64,000 bases of DNA. Source: an uncultured bacterium (lineage in GTDB: Bacteria; Patescibacteriota; Minisyncoccia; UBA6257; 2-01-FULL-56-20). The DNA lies in NCBI GenBank assembly GCA_963830935.1, contig CAWHOC010000005.1, positions 1,839 to 65,838 of the forward strand, written 5' to 3'. Position numbers and translations under genes: made by a program. Positions 19,247 to 28,303 of the stretch are shown here, piece by piece (the first letter of the stretch is position 1; each line of letters opens with the position of its first letter). Below the pieces are notes generated by a model. That model saw only the letters and a program-made list of their open reading frames with translations. It made no database searches and was not told the DNA's origin.

Positions 19247-20325
19247 TTATTTACTGAACTGCTTGATCCCGAGGCCGAGCGCGACGGTCATCGGCGCCTG
19301 AAGTTCCGGAAGGAACGGCGCGATCACGTCCGGATACTCGAATTTTGAAAATGGCGATGCTTTTACGACCGGGATGCCGAACCCTTTTTCGAAATATTTC
19401 TCTATTCCGGAAAGGTTCGCGCCGCCCCCGCAAAGGACGATCCGTTCGGTCTTTGCCGCCATAGGAAACTGCTGACGGAACGTGTATTCCGCCTTCTTCA
19501 CCTCATTAACTATAACATCCAAAAACGGCATCATGATAGTGGATAACTCGTAATTCGGGCCGGTGCCGAGGATCCCCGCTCCTTCTTGAGCTCCTCCGCG
19601 CGCATCGGATTGATCCCCAAGCTCGTCGCAAGCGCGGTTGTGAGGGAGAACGCGGCGATGTCGCTCTGCGTGCTCCACGCGAGCACTCCTTTCTCCATGA
19701 AGATGATGTTCGTGGAGCGGGAGCCGATGTCCACGATGGTCGTCGCCGTCGGATCGCCGGCGAAGATCCGCGCGATGGAGAGCGACTCGATCTCGAGCGC
19801 GCGCAGGCGCAATCCCGCCGTGGTGAACATGTGTTGATATTTTTTGATCTGCTCCTGCGGAACGGAGATCAATAATATTTTCTGGTGTGCGAATCCTTTC
19901 TCGTCCTGATAGTCGGCGACCTTCATCCAGTCGAGCGCCACCTCCGAGAGCGGCATCGGCACATATTGCTTTGCCTGATACACGAGCGCCTTCGCAATGT
20001 CCTTCGCCTCCATCGCGGGAAAGTCGACGATCGTCATAAAAACGTCGAACGGCGGCAGGGACGCGATGGCGTCCTTCGTCGATGTGCCCATCTGCTGGAT
20101 GAGCGCCTTCAGAAGCCGCACCGCGTCATCTTCGAATATCTTGAGGCCGCTCGTCTGTAACGCCTGGTTGGCGCGCGCAAGATAGCCGCTCGATTCCAGC
20201 ATGCCATAGTTCACGACCCTCGGGGCTTTTTTGCCCCCGGTCACCTCCACCATTTTAATGGAAGTCGTGCCGATATCGACGCCAAGGTACGATTCGGCTT
20301 TTAAAAATGAGAACGGATTGTTCAT
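19247..20325 (-). CDS. pilM: PilM (actin-like ATPase fold) pilus assembly protein; frame broken near 19580
   Basis: YLGVDIGTTSIKMVEV in the N-terminal part (19531..20325). C-terminal RIVLCGGGANLSGIEKYFEKGFGIPV in 19247..19678. Confidence 0.8.
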
Positions 20326-20369
20326 ATTTCTTTAGGATCTTTTAATCCACCTTATTCTAGTATAATAGC

Positions 20370-21056
20370 ATGAAATTAAACTTCTTCGGAGACATTTTCT
20401 TTCCGGCGGCGTGCGTGGGGTGCGGGGATTCATTGCCAAGCGGCGTCATATGCGACGCGTGCCTGCAAGGCGTCGATCGGTTCGATACGCTTTTTTGCGG
20501 AACCTGCGCGGCGCGGCTTCCGGAGCGGAAAAAAATATGCCATAAGGACGCGCCGTACCTCCTCGGCGCCGCCGGCGCGTACGACGACGAGCCGCTGCGC
20601 GCGCTCATTCATGCCCTCAAGTTCCAGGGAATGACGGGCGCGGCGGAACCACTCGCCATGATCCTTGCGCACTATATCAAGCGGCTCGATCTTGATCTCG
20701 CCGAATTTGTCGTGACGCCCATCCCGCTTTCCACGCAGCGCGCGCGGGCGCGCGGGTTCAACCAGTCCGCGCTCATCGCGAAGCCCTTCGCCCGCGCGAT
20801 CGGCCTTCCCTTCGAAGAACATCTGCTCGCGCGCATCCTTCATCGCAAACCGCAAAGCGACACGGAGGATATTTTCGAGCGCAGGGAGAACATCAAAGGA
20901 TGCTTCGCGCCCGCGCCCGGCGCAGATGTGCGCGGCAAAAAAATAATTCTCGTTGACGACGTGACCACATCCGGCACGACCTTCGCAGAAGCGGCACGCG
21001 TCGCGAGGGACGCCGGCGCTAAAAAAGTATTCGCTCTCGCGTGCGCGAAGGCATAA
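20370..21056 (+). CDS. comF: ComF-family phosphoribosyltransferase-like competence protein
   Basis: N-terminal CxxC...C...C zinc cluster and C-terminal PRT motif ILVDDVTTSGTT. Confidence 0.85.
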   Translation: MKLNFFGDIFFPAACVGCGDSLPSGVICDACLQGVDRFDTLFCGTCAARLPERKKICHKDAPYLLGAAGAYDDEPLRALIHALKFQGMTGAAEPLAMILAHYIKRLDLDLAEFVVTPIPLSTQRARARGFNQSALIAKPFARAIGLPFEEHLLARILHRKPQSDTEDIFERRENIKGCFAPAPGADVRGKKIILVDDVTTSGTTFAEAARVARDAGAKKVFALACAKA

Positions 21057-21147
21057 AAAAGAGGGATAGCCATCTCGCTCCAGCGTAGCGACCAACGGAA
21101 GTCCCGTGGGAGAACGCCCACTCGCTCAATGACTATCCCTCTTTTTT
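21055..21147. terminator. bidirectional terminator-like hairpin H9 with a 63-nt GC-rich interior
   Basis: AAAAAAGAGGGATAG ... CTATCCCTCTTTTTT, located exactly between convergent stop codons at 21056 and 21156. Confidence 0.6.
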
Positions 21148-21155
21148 ACGATTCC

Positions 21156-21935
21156 CTATTGCGGGAGGATGCCGCTGATGAGATTGCTTACCGTGAACAG
21201 ATTCTGATACGTCGCGGAAAGCGACGCGAGCGATTGTTTGATGAGCGCGAGCGATTGGTCCGGGGAAAGATTTTGCACAAGCGCCGCCTGCGCCGCGGCG
21301 TTCTCGCTCTCGGCGGCATTGAAAGATGATTGCGCATTATTGAACGCGGTCTGCAGATCGGGATTCGGCGACGCGGCCTCAAGGAACGCGACCGCGCTTT
21401 GCGTCTGGCTCATGCGCGTCGCCGCGGTATTGAAAAGATTCTGGTTCTGGGCCCACAGGATGAAGTTGTTCACGTCCTCGCTGAGCGGGATCAAAGAACT
21501 TTCGCGCCACGAAAGCACTTGCTGGGCCACGGCTTTGGTGCCAGCGATGCCGACGACGTTCAGCTGTGCCAATTGAGAATTATAAAAACCTGCCGCTTCG
21601 TTGAGATTCCCCAGGAGTTGGGATTGCAGGGATTGTACGTCGCTCGGGACGGTGACTGCCGCCAAATTGGTCTGGAACGTCCGCACTTCCTGTTGGGCGC
21701 ATACGATCGTCTCGCCGACCAGATTCTTGCGCGCCAAAAGCTCCTGCTTGATCTCATCCGAAACGCTGAGCGACGGGTCATTCTGGATCGCCGTTATCTG
21801 CGCGATGTCCCCCGCCGTGATGCCACATTCGGCCGCGCGCGCCGTGGGTGCGGCGGCGATCCCAAAAATAAAAACAGCTCCTGCGGCGAGAATAGCGGAG
21901 AACGCGGTTGTGGCTATGGTATGCAATCGCTTCAT
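21156..21935 (-). CDS. secreted alpha-helical hypothetical protein, third gene of the ECF sigma operon
   Basis: Signal peptide AILAAGAVFIFGIAAAPTARA. The ATG abuts the TAA of the upstream gene. Confidence 0.5.
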   Translation of the reverse strand: MKRLHTIATTAFSAILAAGAVFIFGIAAAPTARAAECGITAGDIAQITAIQNDPSLSVSDEIKQELLARKNLVGETIVCAQQEVRTFQTNLAAVTVPSDVQSLQSQLLGNLNEAAGFYNSQLAQLNVVGIAGTKAVAQQVLSWRESSLIPLSEDVNNFILWAQNQNLFNTAATRMSQTQSAVAFLEAASPNPDLQTAFNNAQSSFNAAESENAAAQAALVQNLSPDQSLALIKQSLASLSATYQNLFTVSNLISGILPQ

Positions 21936-22461
21936 TTAATGTGACAGTTGTTGTAATGCCTGATCGACGGTAAGCGTCGTCGGCGTGGTCGAGAGGCGAG
22001 GTCGAGGTCGACTGGCTGCCGTCGCTCCCCGCCGGCGTGGAGACCGAAGATGTGGACTGCGCGCCGAGTGCCGCCGCGAATACCTTAGTGAGCGCCGCAG
22101 TCGACGTGACGGCGGACCCCGTCATCGCCGTCGTGGACGTCTGCGGATACTGAACATCCGCGAGCTGGATCTGCATATCGATCGCGTCCGCCTCGGCGTG
22201 TAATCCCTGCGGATCGATCACCGAATACTGGATGGGTGAGATCGAACGTGTTGGAGAAAAACTTCCCGTCAAGATAAGTATGAAAAATCCGGCGAGCACC
22301 ACCGCGACGCCCGTCTCGAGCACGTGCAAAAAAGCGAACATCCCACGCCACGTCGGCCGCGTGTTCTGCGGAGAAAGCAAAATCTCCGTGCGCGTACGTT
22401 GTGCAAATTCCGCGTCGGGCTGGATCTTCTTGAATTGTTTGAGGGTGTCGTATACGTTCAT
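21936..22461 (-). CDS. putative anti-sigma factor (single-pass membrane protein); frame broken near 21995
   Basis: ATGA overlap with the sigma gene. TM VAVVLAGFFILILTG. The plausible end STTPTTLTVDQALQQLSH-TAA lies in another frame and abuts the next ATG. Confidence 0.5.
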
Positions 22462-23003
22462 GTTTCGTCGCCCAATTTCTTTTTCAGTTCCTTGATGGCG
22501 CGGTGCTGGGCAAGCTTTATGGCGCCTTCCGATTTTTTGAGGATCGCCGCCGTTTCTTTGAGCGGCAGATCTTCGACGAATCGCAGGATGATCACGTCCT
22601 GATAATCCGGCTTGAGCTCTTGAATGGCCACATGCACCTTCTCGAGCTGCAACTTTATGGAAAGATCCGACTGCGCGACGGCGGGAATGATGGATGACTC
22701 CGGGTCCAGCTTGTCCAAGCTCACATCGTCCTTCCGCGAACGATAATGATCGATCACCATGTTCCGTGCGATCTGGTAGAGCCAGCTCGAGAACGGATGT
22801 CCGCGATGCTTATAGGTCCGTACCTTAGTCCAAGCGGACAGGAACACGTGATGGGTGATATCCTCGGCTTCCTCACGGCTACCGACTTTGACCACGATAA
22901 AACGGTAAATTGCCGGTTGATAACGGTCGTAGAGAGAGCCAAAAGCCGAGGAATCGCCCCCGACGGCTGACCGAATGAGTTTTTCTTCCTCACCGTCTAT
23001 CAT
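22458..23003 (-). CDS. ECF-type RNA polymerase sigma-70 family factor
   Basis: Region 2 (EDITHHVFLSAWTKVRTY...FSSWLYQIARNMVIDHYR) and region 4 HTH (LKETAAILKKSEGAIKLAQHRAIKEL). Confidence 0.9.
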   Translation of the reverse strand: MIDGEEEKLIRSAVGGDSSAFGSLYDRYQPAIYRFIVVKVGSREEAEDITHHVFLSAWTKVRTYKHRGHPFSSWLYQIARNMVIDHYRSRKDDVSLDKLDPESSIIPAVAQSDLSIKLQLEKVHVAIQELKPDYQDVIILRFVEDLPLKETAAILKKSEGAIKLAQHRAIKELKKKLGDET

Positions 23004-23157
23004 GTAGAACGAGAATTATATGGATAAGTTACGCGTTTAGTCCGGGCCTTCTCTAGCAAAAATGCCCCACACAACATAGGGCACTCTTTATACGTTTAGG
23101 ATACCCCTTTTGGCCCTTCTCTACAAGATTGCTTTCCCCTATACTGTAGATAAATTT

Positions 23158-23841
23158 ATGACTGGAAAATTCATCGTCATCGAAGGCACGGACGGGTCGG
23201 GGAAGGGAGAACAGACGGTTCGCCTCGCAAAGCGAATGAAAGATTCGGGAATGACGGTCGCACCTTTTGATTTTCCGAGATATGCCGAACCATCCGCTTG
23301 GTTTGTAAGCCAGTTTCTCAACGGCAATTTCGGAACGATCGACGAGGTCGGCCCGAAGACCGCTTCCCTGTTTTATGCACTCGACCGATACGCCGCCGCG
23401 CCGGAGATCCGCAAAGCGCTCACGGAAAGTGATGTCGTGATCTCCAATCGCTATGTCGCATCGAGCTTGGGCCATCAGGGATCGAAGTACGACGACGTGA
23501 ACGAGCGCAAAAAATATTTCGAGTGGAACAATGACCTCGAGTATGGCATCAACGGGATCCCAAAACCAGACCTCAATATCATCCTTCATATCCCCGCGGA
23601 GATCGCGCAAGAACTGGTAGATAAAAAAATGGAGCGTCAATATCTGAGCGGCAAGAAGCGGGATATTCACGAAGCGGACATCCATCATTTAAAGAGGGCC
23701 GAAGAGACGTATAAGCAGCTCGCGGAATTATATCCGAGCGACTTTACCGTCGTGGAATGCGTGGAGAACGGGCAGCTGCTTTCGATCGACGCGGTGCACG
23801 AAAAAGTATGGGCGATCGCCGCAAAGACGCTCGAGCTATAG
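23158..23841 (+). CDS. tmk: thymidylate (dTMP) kinase
   Basis: P-loop IVIEGTDGSGKGEQ and DRY motif. Likely start at MTGKF (the ORF is open from 23110). Confidence 0.85.
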   Translation: MTGKFIVIEGTDGSGKGEQTVRLAKRMKDSGMTVAPFDFPRYAEPSAWFVSQFLNGNFGTIDEVGPKTASLFYALDRYAAAPEIRKALTESDVVISNRYVASSLGHQGSKYDDVNERKKYFEWNNDLEYGINGIPKPDLNIILHIPAEIAQELVDKKMERQYLSGKKRDIHEADIHHLKRAEETYKQLAELYPSDFTVVECVENGQLLSIDAVHEKVWAIAAKTLEL

Positions 23842-23856
23842 TACTATAACGTCGCG

Positions 23857-25539
23857 CTATTCGCTCTTCCCCTGCAGGCGATTCCGCAACTTCTCTTCCT
23901 TGGCAAGGATGGCCTCTTCGGTGCCTCGCCGGGCGAAGCTGTAATCGTTCATATCGACGATCATCGCTTTACTGATAAGCGGCAATTTATCTTTCAATAG
24001 GCGGAACTTTTCCTGCTCGATAAAACGGTAATTCGGATGTCCCTGCGGCCCGGTGCGAAGCTCCGCCTCCCAGAAGAACTGGCGCAGGTTCTGATACTGC
24101 TGGAACCGCGCGCGGTACGCGAGCGGAACGACGTACTGAGCGAGCTCCGGAGAATATGCCTCCAGTTTTTTGAACAACGGTACGATCGATTCCAGCGCCG
24201 CGCGATAGCGCTGCTCGAGCCCCGCCCACACGATCTCTTGTGGCATATCATACCCGTGGCGGACGCTGAAGAGCTGACGCTCCTGCGTCATCATCCGGTG
24301 ACGGTGGAGGTCGCGGTACGCGCCGATGTCCATCAGGATATCGAAACGTACATAGCTGTTCTCGAACGCACGGCCCACTTTGTGCCAGCGCTGGGTGCGG
24401 CCGGAAAGGTACGCGCCGAGCAATTTTTCTTTTTCTTCCGGCGAAAGTTTTTTGGCCTTCGCGATGCACGCGTCCCACTCCGTATGGCTCGCCGCGTAGA
24501 GAATCCCCGCCAGCACTTTTAGTTCCGCATCGGCATCATATTCGACGAGCTTTACCACCGGGCCGGTCGCGGGCACGGCCTCATCGTCCGGCAAAAGATC
24601 TGCATGCGCCGTCTTCACGAAATCACGCGCGATCTGCATGCGATGCCCGAGATATTCCTGATATTGATGCGACTTCTCATCCTGCAGGCGAAGTAGGAGC
24701 GACGGGATCTCCTTGTCGAGCTCCCCGCGGAGCGTGTCCGATATCCACCGGAACTCCCCAAGCTCGTGCGCCGCCATCCGGTTCACCGCATACTCCAGCG
24801 CCTGCGCGTTCCCGCGGAAGCCGACCTGGCCGAGCGTCGCCATCGGCAATATGCCGCGCAACGTATCGAACGCCTTCTTCTCCAGCACGCCCTCCTTCTC
24901 TTCGTAATTCGCCTTCAGCCACACCTTAAGATCCTCGATGAGTGCGGTGTATGTTTCAAAAAGATTGTCGAGGGCGCTCTTGTATTCAGCGAGCAGTCCC
25001 AATTTTTCCAAGTCCGGCTTCGGCGTGTAGTATAAATAATTTCCGCCCACCTTTTTTGCGAAGCTGACGTATCGCGTGGATTTCTCGATCGGTTCCAGGC
25101 CGATACGCTGATCCTCAAGATATTTCATCGCCACCTGCGAGATCCCCCAGAACGCCACGTGCGTGCCCGTCATCTGCGCGATCGAATCGTCGCCGTACTG
25201 CGAAAGCCACTTCACATAGAACGCCTGCGCGCGCTGATTGTTCAAAATATTCTTGAACCCATGCTCGTTGAGAAACGTGATCGTATCCTTCAATTCCTCG
25301 CCGAGCTTCGGATCGGTGTCGATGATCGGCTTCAGATATTCGTCGTGTAAAATGCGCACGAGCGATCCGCTCGCGCGGCTCGCGCGGGAGCAGAGCGCGC
25401 CCACGATCTCCGGCGGCAGATTGCGCAGCACCGAGATGAACCCGTCGAGGTCGCTCACGAACGGACCCAGAAGAAACCGCTCCTCGTCGGTCCATGCTTC
25501 ACTCGGAAAATCGGGGCGGTATGCGGTGTTATCGTTCAT
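23857..25539 (-). CDS. thyX: long-form ThyX-family FAD-dependent thymidylate synthase
   Basis: 560 aa with a ThyX-like RHRMMTQERQ motif in the C-terminal half. Flanked by tmk and dcd. Confidence 0.55.
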   Translation of the reverse strand: MNDNTAYRPDFPSEAWTDEERFLLGPFVSDLDGFISVLRNLPPEIVGALCSRASRASGSLVRILHDEYLKPIIDTDPKLGEELKDTITFLNEHGFKNILNNQRAQAFYVKWLSQYGDDSIAQMTGTHVAFWGISQVAMKYLEDQRIGLEPIEKSTRYVSFAKKVGGNYLYYTPKPDLEKLGLLAEYKSALDNLFETYTALIEDLKVWLKANYEEKEGVLEKKAFDTLRGILPMATLGQVGFRGNAQALEYAVNRMAAHELGEFRWISDTLRGELDKEIPSLLLRLQDEKSHQYQEYLGHRMQIARDFVKTAHADLLPDDEAVPATGPVVKLVEYDADAELKVLAGILYAASHTEWDACIAKAKKLSPEEKEKLLGAYLSGRTQRWHKVGRAFENSYVRFDILMDIGAYRDLHRHRMMTQERQLFSVRHGYDMPQEIVWAGLEQRYRAALESIVPLFKKLEAYSPELAQYVVPLAYRARFQQYQNLRQFFWEAELRTGPQGHPNYRFIEQEKFRLLKDKLPLISKAMIVDMNDYSFARRGTEEAILAKEEKLRNRLQGKSE

Positions 25540-25552
25540 TGGCGCGCGCAGG

Positions 25553-26146
25553 TTATTTTCCGAACTTCATCCACTGATTGTTCTTTTTGAAGTTCTTCCA
25601 GTATTGCGACGCTTGCGGCTTCATCGCGCCAAAATATTTACTGCCCAACGCCTTCTTTCCATACGGATGGTCCGCGGGCGAAGAGAGCGGCGTGAACGAC
25701 ATCTGCGCGATCGGCATCTTATAATAGAGCTTGATCGGCAACGGCGAAACGTTGTGCAGCTCGAGCGTCATCTTCAATTTATTTCCCGGATCGAGATAGC
25801 CCGCCGTCGCGTGGATGATGAGCCCGATGCGCCCGAGCGACGACTTTCCTTCCAACCGCCCCACCATATCATCGCCGACGCCCACCACTTCATAGACCAT
25901 GCCGAGTACGAACTCGCCGGGGTGGAGCACAAACTGTTTTTTATCGTTGATCGTCGCCTTCTCCATGATGTGGTCGATCGGCTCTTTCGGATCAATGCAC
26001 ACATGGCTGTTCGTCTTAAACACCAAAAAATCCGCGCCAAGATGAAGGTCAATCGACGCCGGCTGGATCGCGTGAGGAAAAAGCGGCTCGACGGAGATCC
26101 GCCCGGCCTTGAGAGCCTTCTTGATATCGTGGTCGGAGAGGATCAT
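25553..26146 (-). CDS. dcd: dCTP deaminase
   Basis: MILSDHDIKKAL..., IDLHLG, RLEGKSSLGRIGLIIHATAGYLDPG. Start at 26146 (the ORF is open to 26296 across hairpin H2). TAAAAT lies 8 nt upstream. Confidence 0.9.
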   Translation of the reverse strand: MILSDHDIKKALKAGRISVEPLFPHAIQPASIDLHLGADFLVFKTNSHVCIDPKEPIDHIMEKATINDKKQFVLHPGEFVLGMVYEVVGVGDDMVGRLEGKSSLGRIGLIIHATAGYLDPGNKLKMTLELHNVSPLPIKLYYKMPIAQMSFTPLSSPADHPYGKKALGSKYFGAMKPQASQYWKNFKKNNQWMKFGK

Positions 26147-26184
26147 TGCTTTAGATTTTACTCTAATAAATTGATCCCGCAAAG

Positions 26185-26261
26185 CCCGCTCCACGCAGGA
26201 AAAACCCTTCGCCGAACGGTCATCTGCCTGGAGGCGAAGGGTTTTTCCTGCGTGGAGCGGG
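26185..26261. other. hairpin H2: 29-bp perfect arms, 19-nt loop GAACGGTCATCTGCCTGGA
   Basis: CCCGCTCCACGCAGGAAAAACCCTTCGCC pairs with GGCGAAGGGTTTTTCCTGCGTGGAGCGGG. The core matches H3 at 29 of 31 nt. Confidence 0.75.
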
Positions 26262-26393
26262 TAAGGGGAGTCGGACCCCTGTCGTCTGATTGGCAACCAG
26301 ATGTAATACCGTTATACGATACCCGCTTTACGGATTCATTATATAGAGCTTCGCAAAAAAATCAACGCCGCCGGACAAAAGAACTTGTCGCGA

Positions 26394-27408
26394 CTATTGC
26401 ACGCCTTCAGCCTGCTGATACGCCGCAGCCGAGATGTCCGCGATCGCCTTTTCCTGCGCCGCGATGCTCGTGGTCCCCTTCGTCATTACGCACAACAGGT
26501 AGGGATGCGCCGGGGGCATAGACGATCCGCAATCGTGCAGTTCCCACTGGTACGGCACACCATTCGAAAGATACGAAGCCAAGCCATATTTATGCGCCAC
26601 CGCCGTGGAGCTCGGTACGCCAGCCACGATCCCCTGCGTGAAGGTCGTCTGCGTCAACAGCGCGAGCGCTTTTTCCGAATCATCGCGTGAGAGGTATGTG
26701 GCATTGTAAAGAGTCTTGAACAGGATGGCGTATTGCTGTGGCGTCATGATATCGCTCGTTGAAGCCGTCACGTCGGGGTCGGTCGGAATATCGAGATCGG
26801 AATACACTGCTTGCACTCCTTGTTGCTCGGCCGGGGTCGCAAGCGTGGTGAGCACGTCCGCCGCGTCGTTGTCGGAATATTTGATCATGTACTCGATGAG
26901 TTGCTCGTTCGTATATTCCTGGCCGGGCGTGATACTGCTCGTCGGCGGGATTTCCTGTTGGGTATTGAGATTGGGACTTTCCGCCGGATAGCTATTTTCT
27001 TCCTCTAAAATACTGCTCGTGTTCTCGGCCATCGCGTAATACGCCATCATGATCGGCACCTTCCCCAGGCTCGACGGATAATATTTTTCATCGCCGTTTA
27101 TGCTCGCCCATTGTCCGGTCGTAAAATCGGAAAAATAAACCGACGCGTCAGTGATATCCCCCGCGCTCTTGTCTTGCGAGATCGCCGACTGTATTGCATT
27201 GCAACGGACTGATCCTGAGAAACGTCTTCACACTGCCCAGATTACAACTTATGAGCGGGCTGATGTACTGATATCCCCCAAGCCGCAGCGGCGGCGGGAT
27301 GGTGATGACGGTGGTTACCTTGTTAAGCAGCCACCCGAGACCAAAGCTCCCCGCGCAGGCGAGGATCGCAATAGCCCAATACACTCGTGTTCTGTTCGAT
27401 CTTCCCAT
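26394..27408 (-). CDS. class-A beta-lactamase-like serine hydrolase; frame broken near 27150
   Basis: SxxK (SLGK, just upstream of ORF 26394..27059), SDN (YSDND) and K-Y-G triads. N-terminal TM in ORF 27148..27408. Confidence 0.65.
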
Positions 27409-27472
27409 CCTTCTATATTACTAAATACGCCTCGAGTACGCATCTTGGTGCCTACTTACCCTTTCCAGCCCG

Positions 27473-27537
27473 AAAGAAAAATCATCGTATTCGCCGAATG
27501 GTCATCTGCCCGGAGGCGAATACGATGATTTTTCTTT
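27473..27537. other. hairpin H3: 23-bp perfect arms, 19-nt loop GAATGGTCATCTGCCCGGA
   Basis: AAAGAAAAATCATCGTATTCGCC pairs with GGCGAATACGATGATTTTTCTTT. Same loop module as H2. Confidence 0.75.
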
Positions 27538-27657
27538 GTTGGTGCCCTTCCAACGTCTCCAACTTGAAGGGACGCGCCCCGAGCGAGACCCCACAAGCAT
27601 TCTTGAGAGATTTCGGGGATCCCCTTTCCCCTTCCTTTGGAGGAACCTCGATCACTA

Positions 27658-28268
27658 GGCTACGGGAATGTATGGAGGAGATTTTAGGAGATAGTTCGAG
27701 CGCCGGAAGGACCTCGGTCGCTGTATAAAGCCTTCGGCAAAAACCCAAACAATGCCAAATTTTAGCCGTCGCGACAATGGGTCAAATCGGACAAATCGGA
27801 CACTCCAAGGCCATTTCGGACACCTGTCCGAAATGCAACATGCAACAAATGTAACGCTACGTACGATTTTAAGAAAATGATGTTTTTAGGAAACCGCCTT
27901 CTCGGATGGCTTGAAAAATAAGGGACTTTAGAGATTTTGGAATGTAACGTTCCAAATGCAACGCCAAAAATGTTACAAATGTTACACTGGTTCGGCATAT
28001 AACATTTTGGCACAAATGCACACGGCATAGGCTATTTTTAGTGTGCCATCTTCTATGCCGCGCGAACCTAACAAACGGGACAAAATGGGACACTTTTTAG
28101 GGTGTCCCATTTGGCAAAGAGGCGTGTCTCATTCTGAAAAATTGATGCCCGTAAAATAAGGCTTTTTTGATCAAATGAGACAAATGAGACACAAAACGGG
28201 TGTCTCACGGGAACGCCTCATTTATTTACCTCGGCCTCCCCTAAAATTAGAACTGGGTTCCCGTAGCC
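27658..28268. repeat. AT-rich non-coding array of degenerate tandem 9-mers (AAATNNNAC x2 + AC) bounded by imperfect inverted repeats
   Basis: IR blocks GGCTACGGGAA...ATTTTAGG at 27658-27688 and their reverse complement at 28240-28268. Tandem pairs lie at 27784-27803 (CGG), 27968-27987 (GTT), 28073-28093 (GGG) and 28173-28192 (GAG), with looser versions at 27831-27856 and 28008-28023. Most have a nearby inverted copy. Confidence 0.8.
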
Positions 28269-28303
28269 CCTCTTCCAGTATTGGTACTTTATAATGAAAA
28301 TAC

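Noticed and set aside
26214-26232. The H2/H3 loop read on the minus strand (CCAGGCAGATGACC) matches 11 nt of the E. coli 4.5S/SRP RNA 3' strand (AGGCAGAUGAC).
   Set aside because: There is no GNAR tetraloop or AGCA-containing 5' strand in the right place. The motif sits in a loop, not a helix-8 context, and occurs twice. An SRP RNA would be single copy.
27762-28093. ORFs 27762..28028 and 27869..28093 as protein-coding genes.
   Set aside because: Their sequences are low-complexity translations of the DNA repeats (CNICNIFG, VSDLSDLT). They overlap each other and lack starts with promoter or Shine-Dalgarno context.
27760-28250. CRISPR array, or a chromosomal oriC with DnaA boxes, in the AT-rich repeat region.
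   Set aside because: The repeats are 9-11 nt, tandem and paralogous, without unique spacers, so this is not CRISPR-like. Motifs such as TTTTGGCACA only loosely resemble TTATCCACA, and dnaA/dnaN are not nearby. An iteron-type role remains open, but oriC is not supported.
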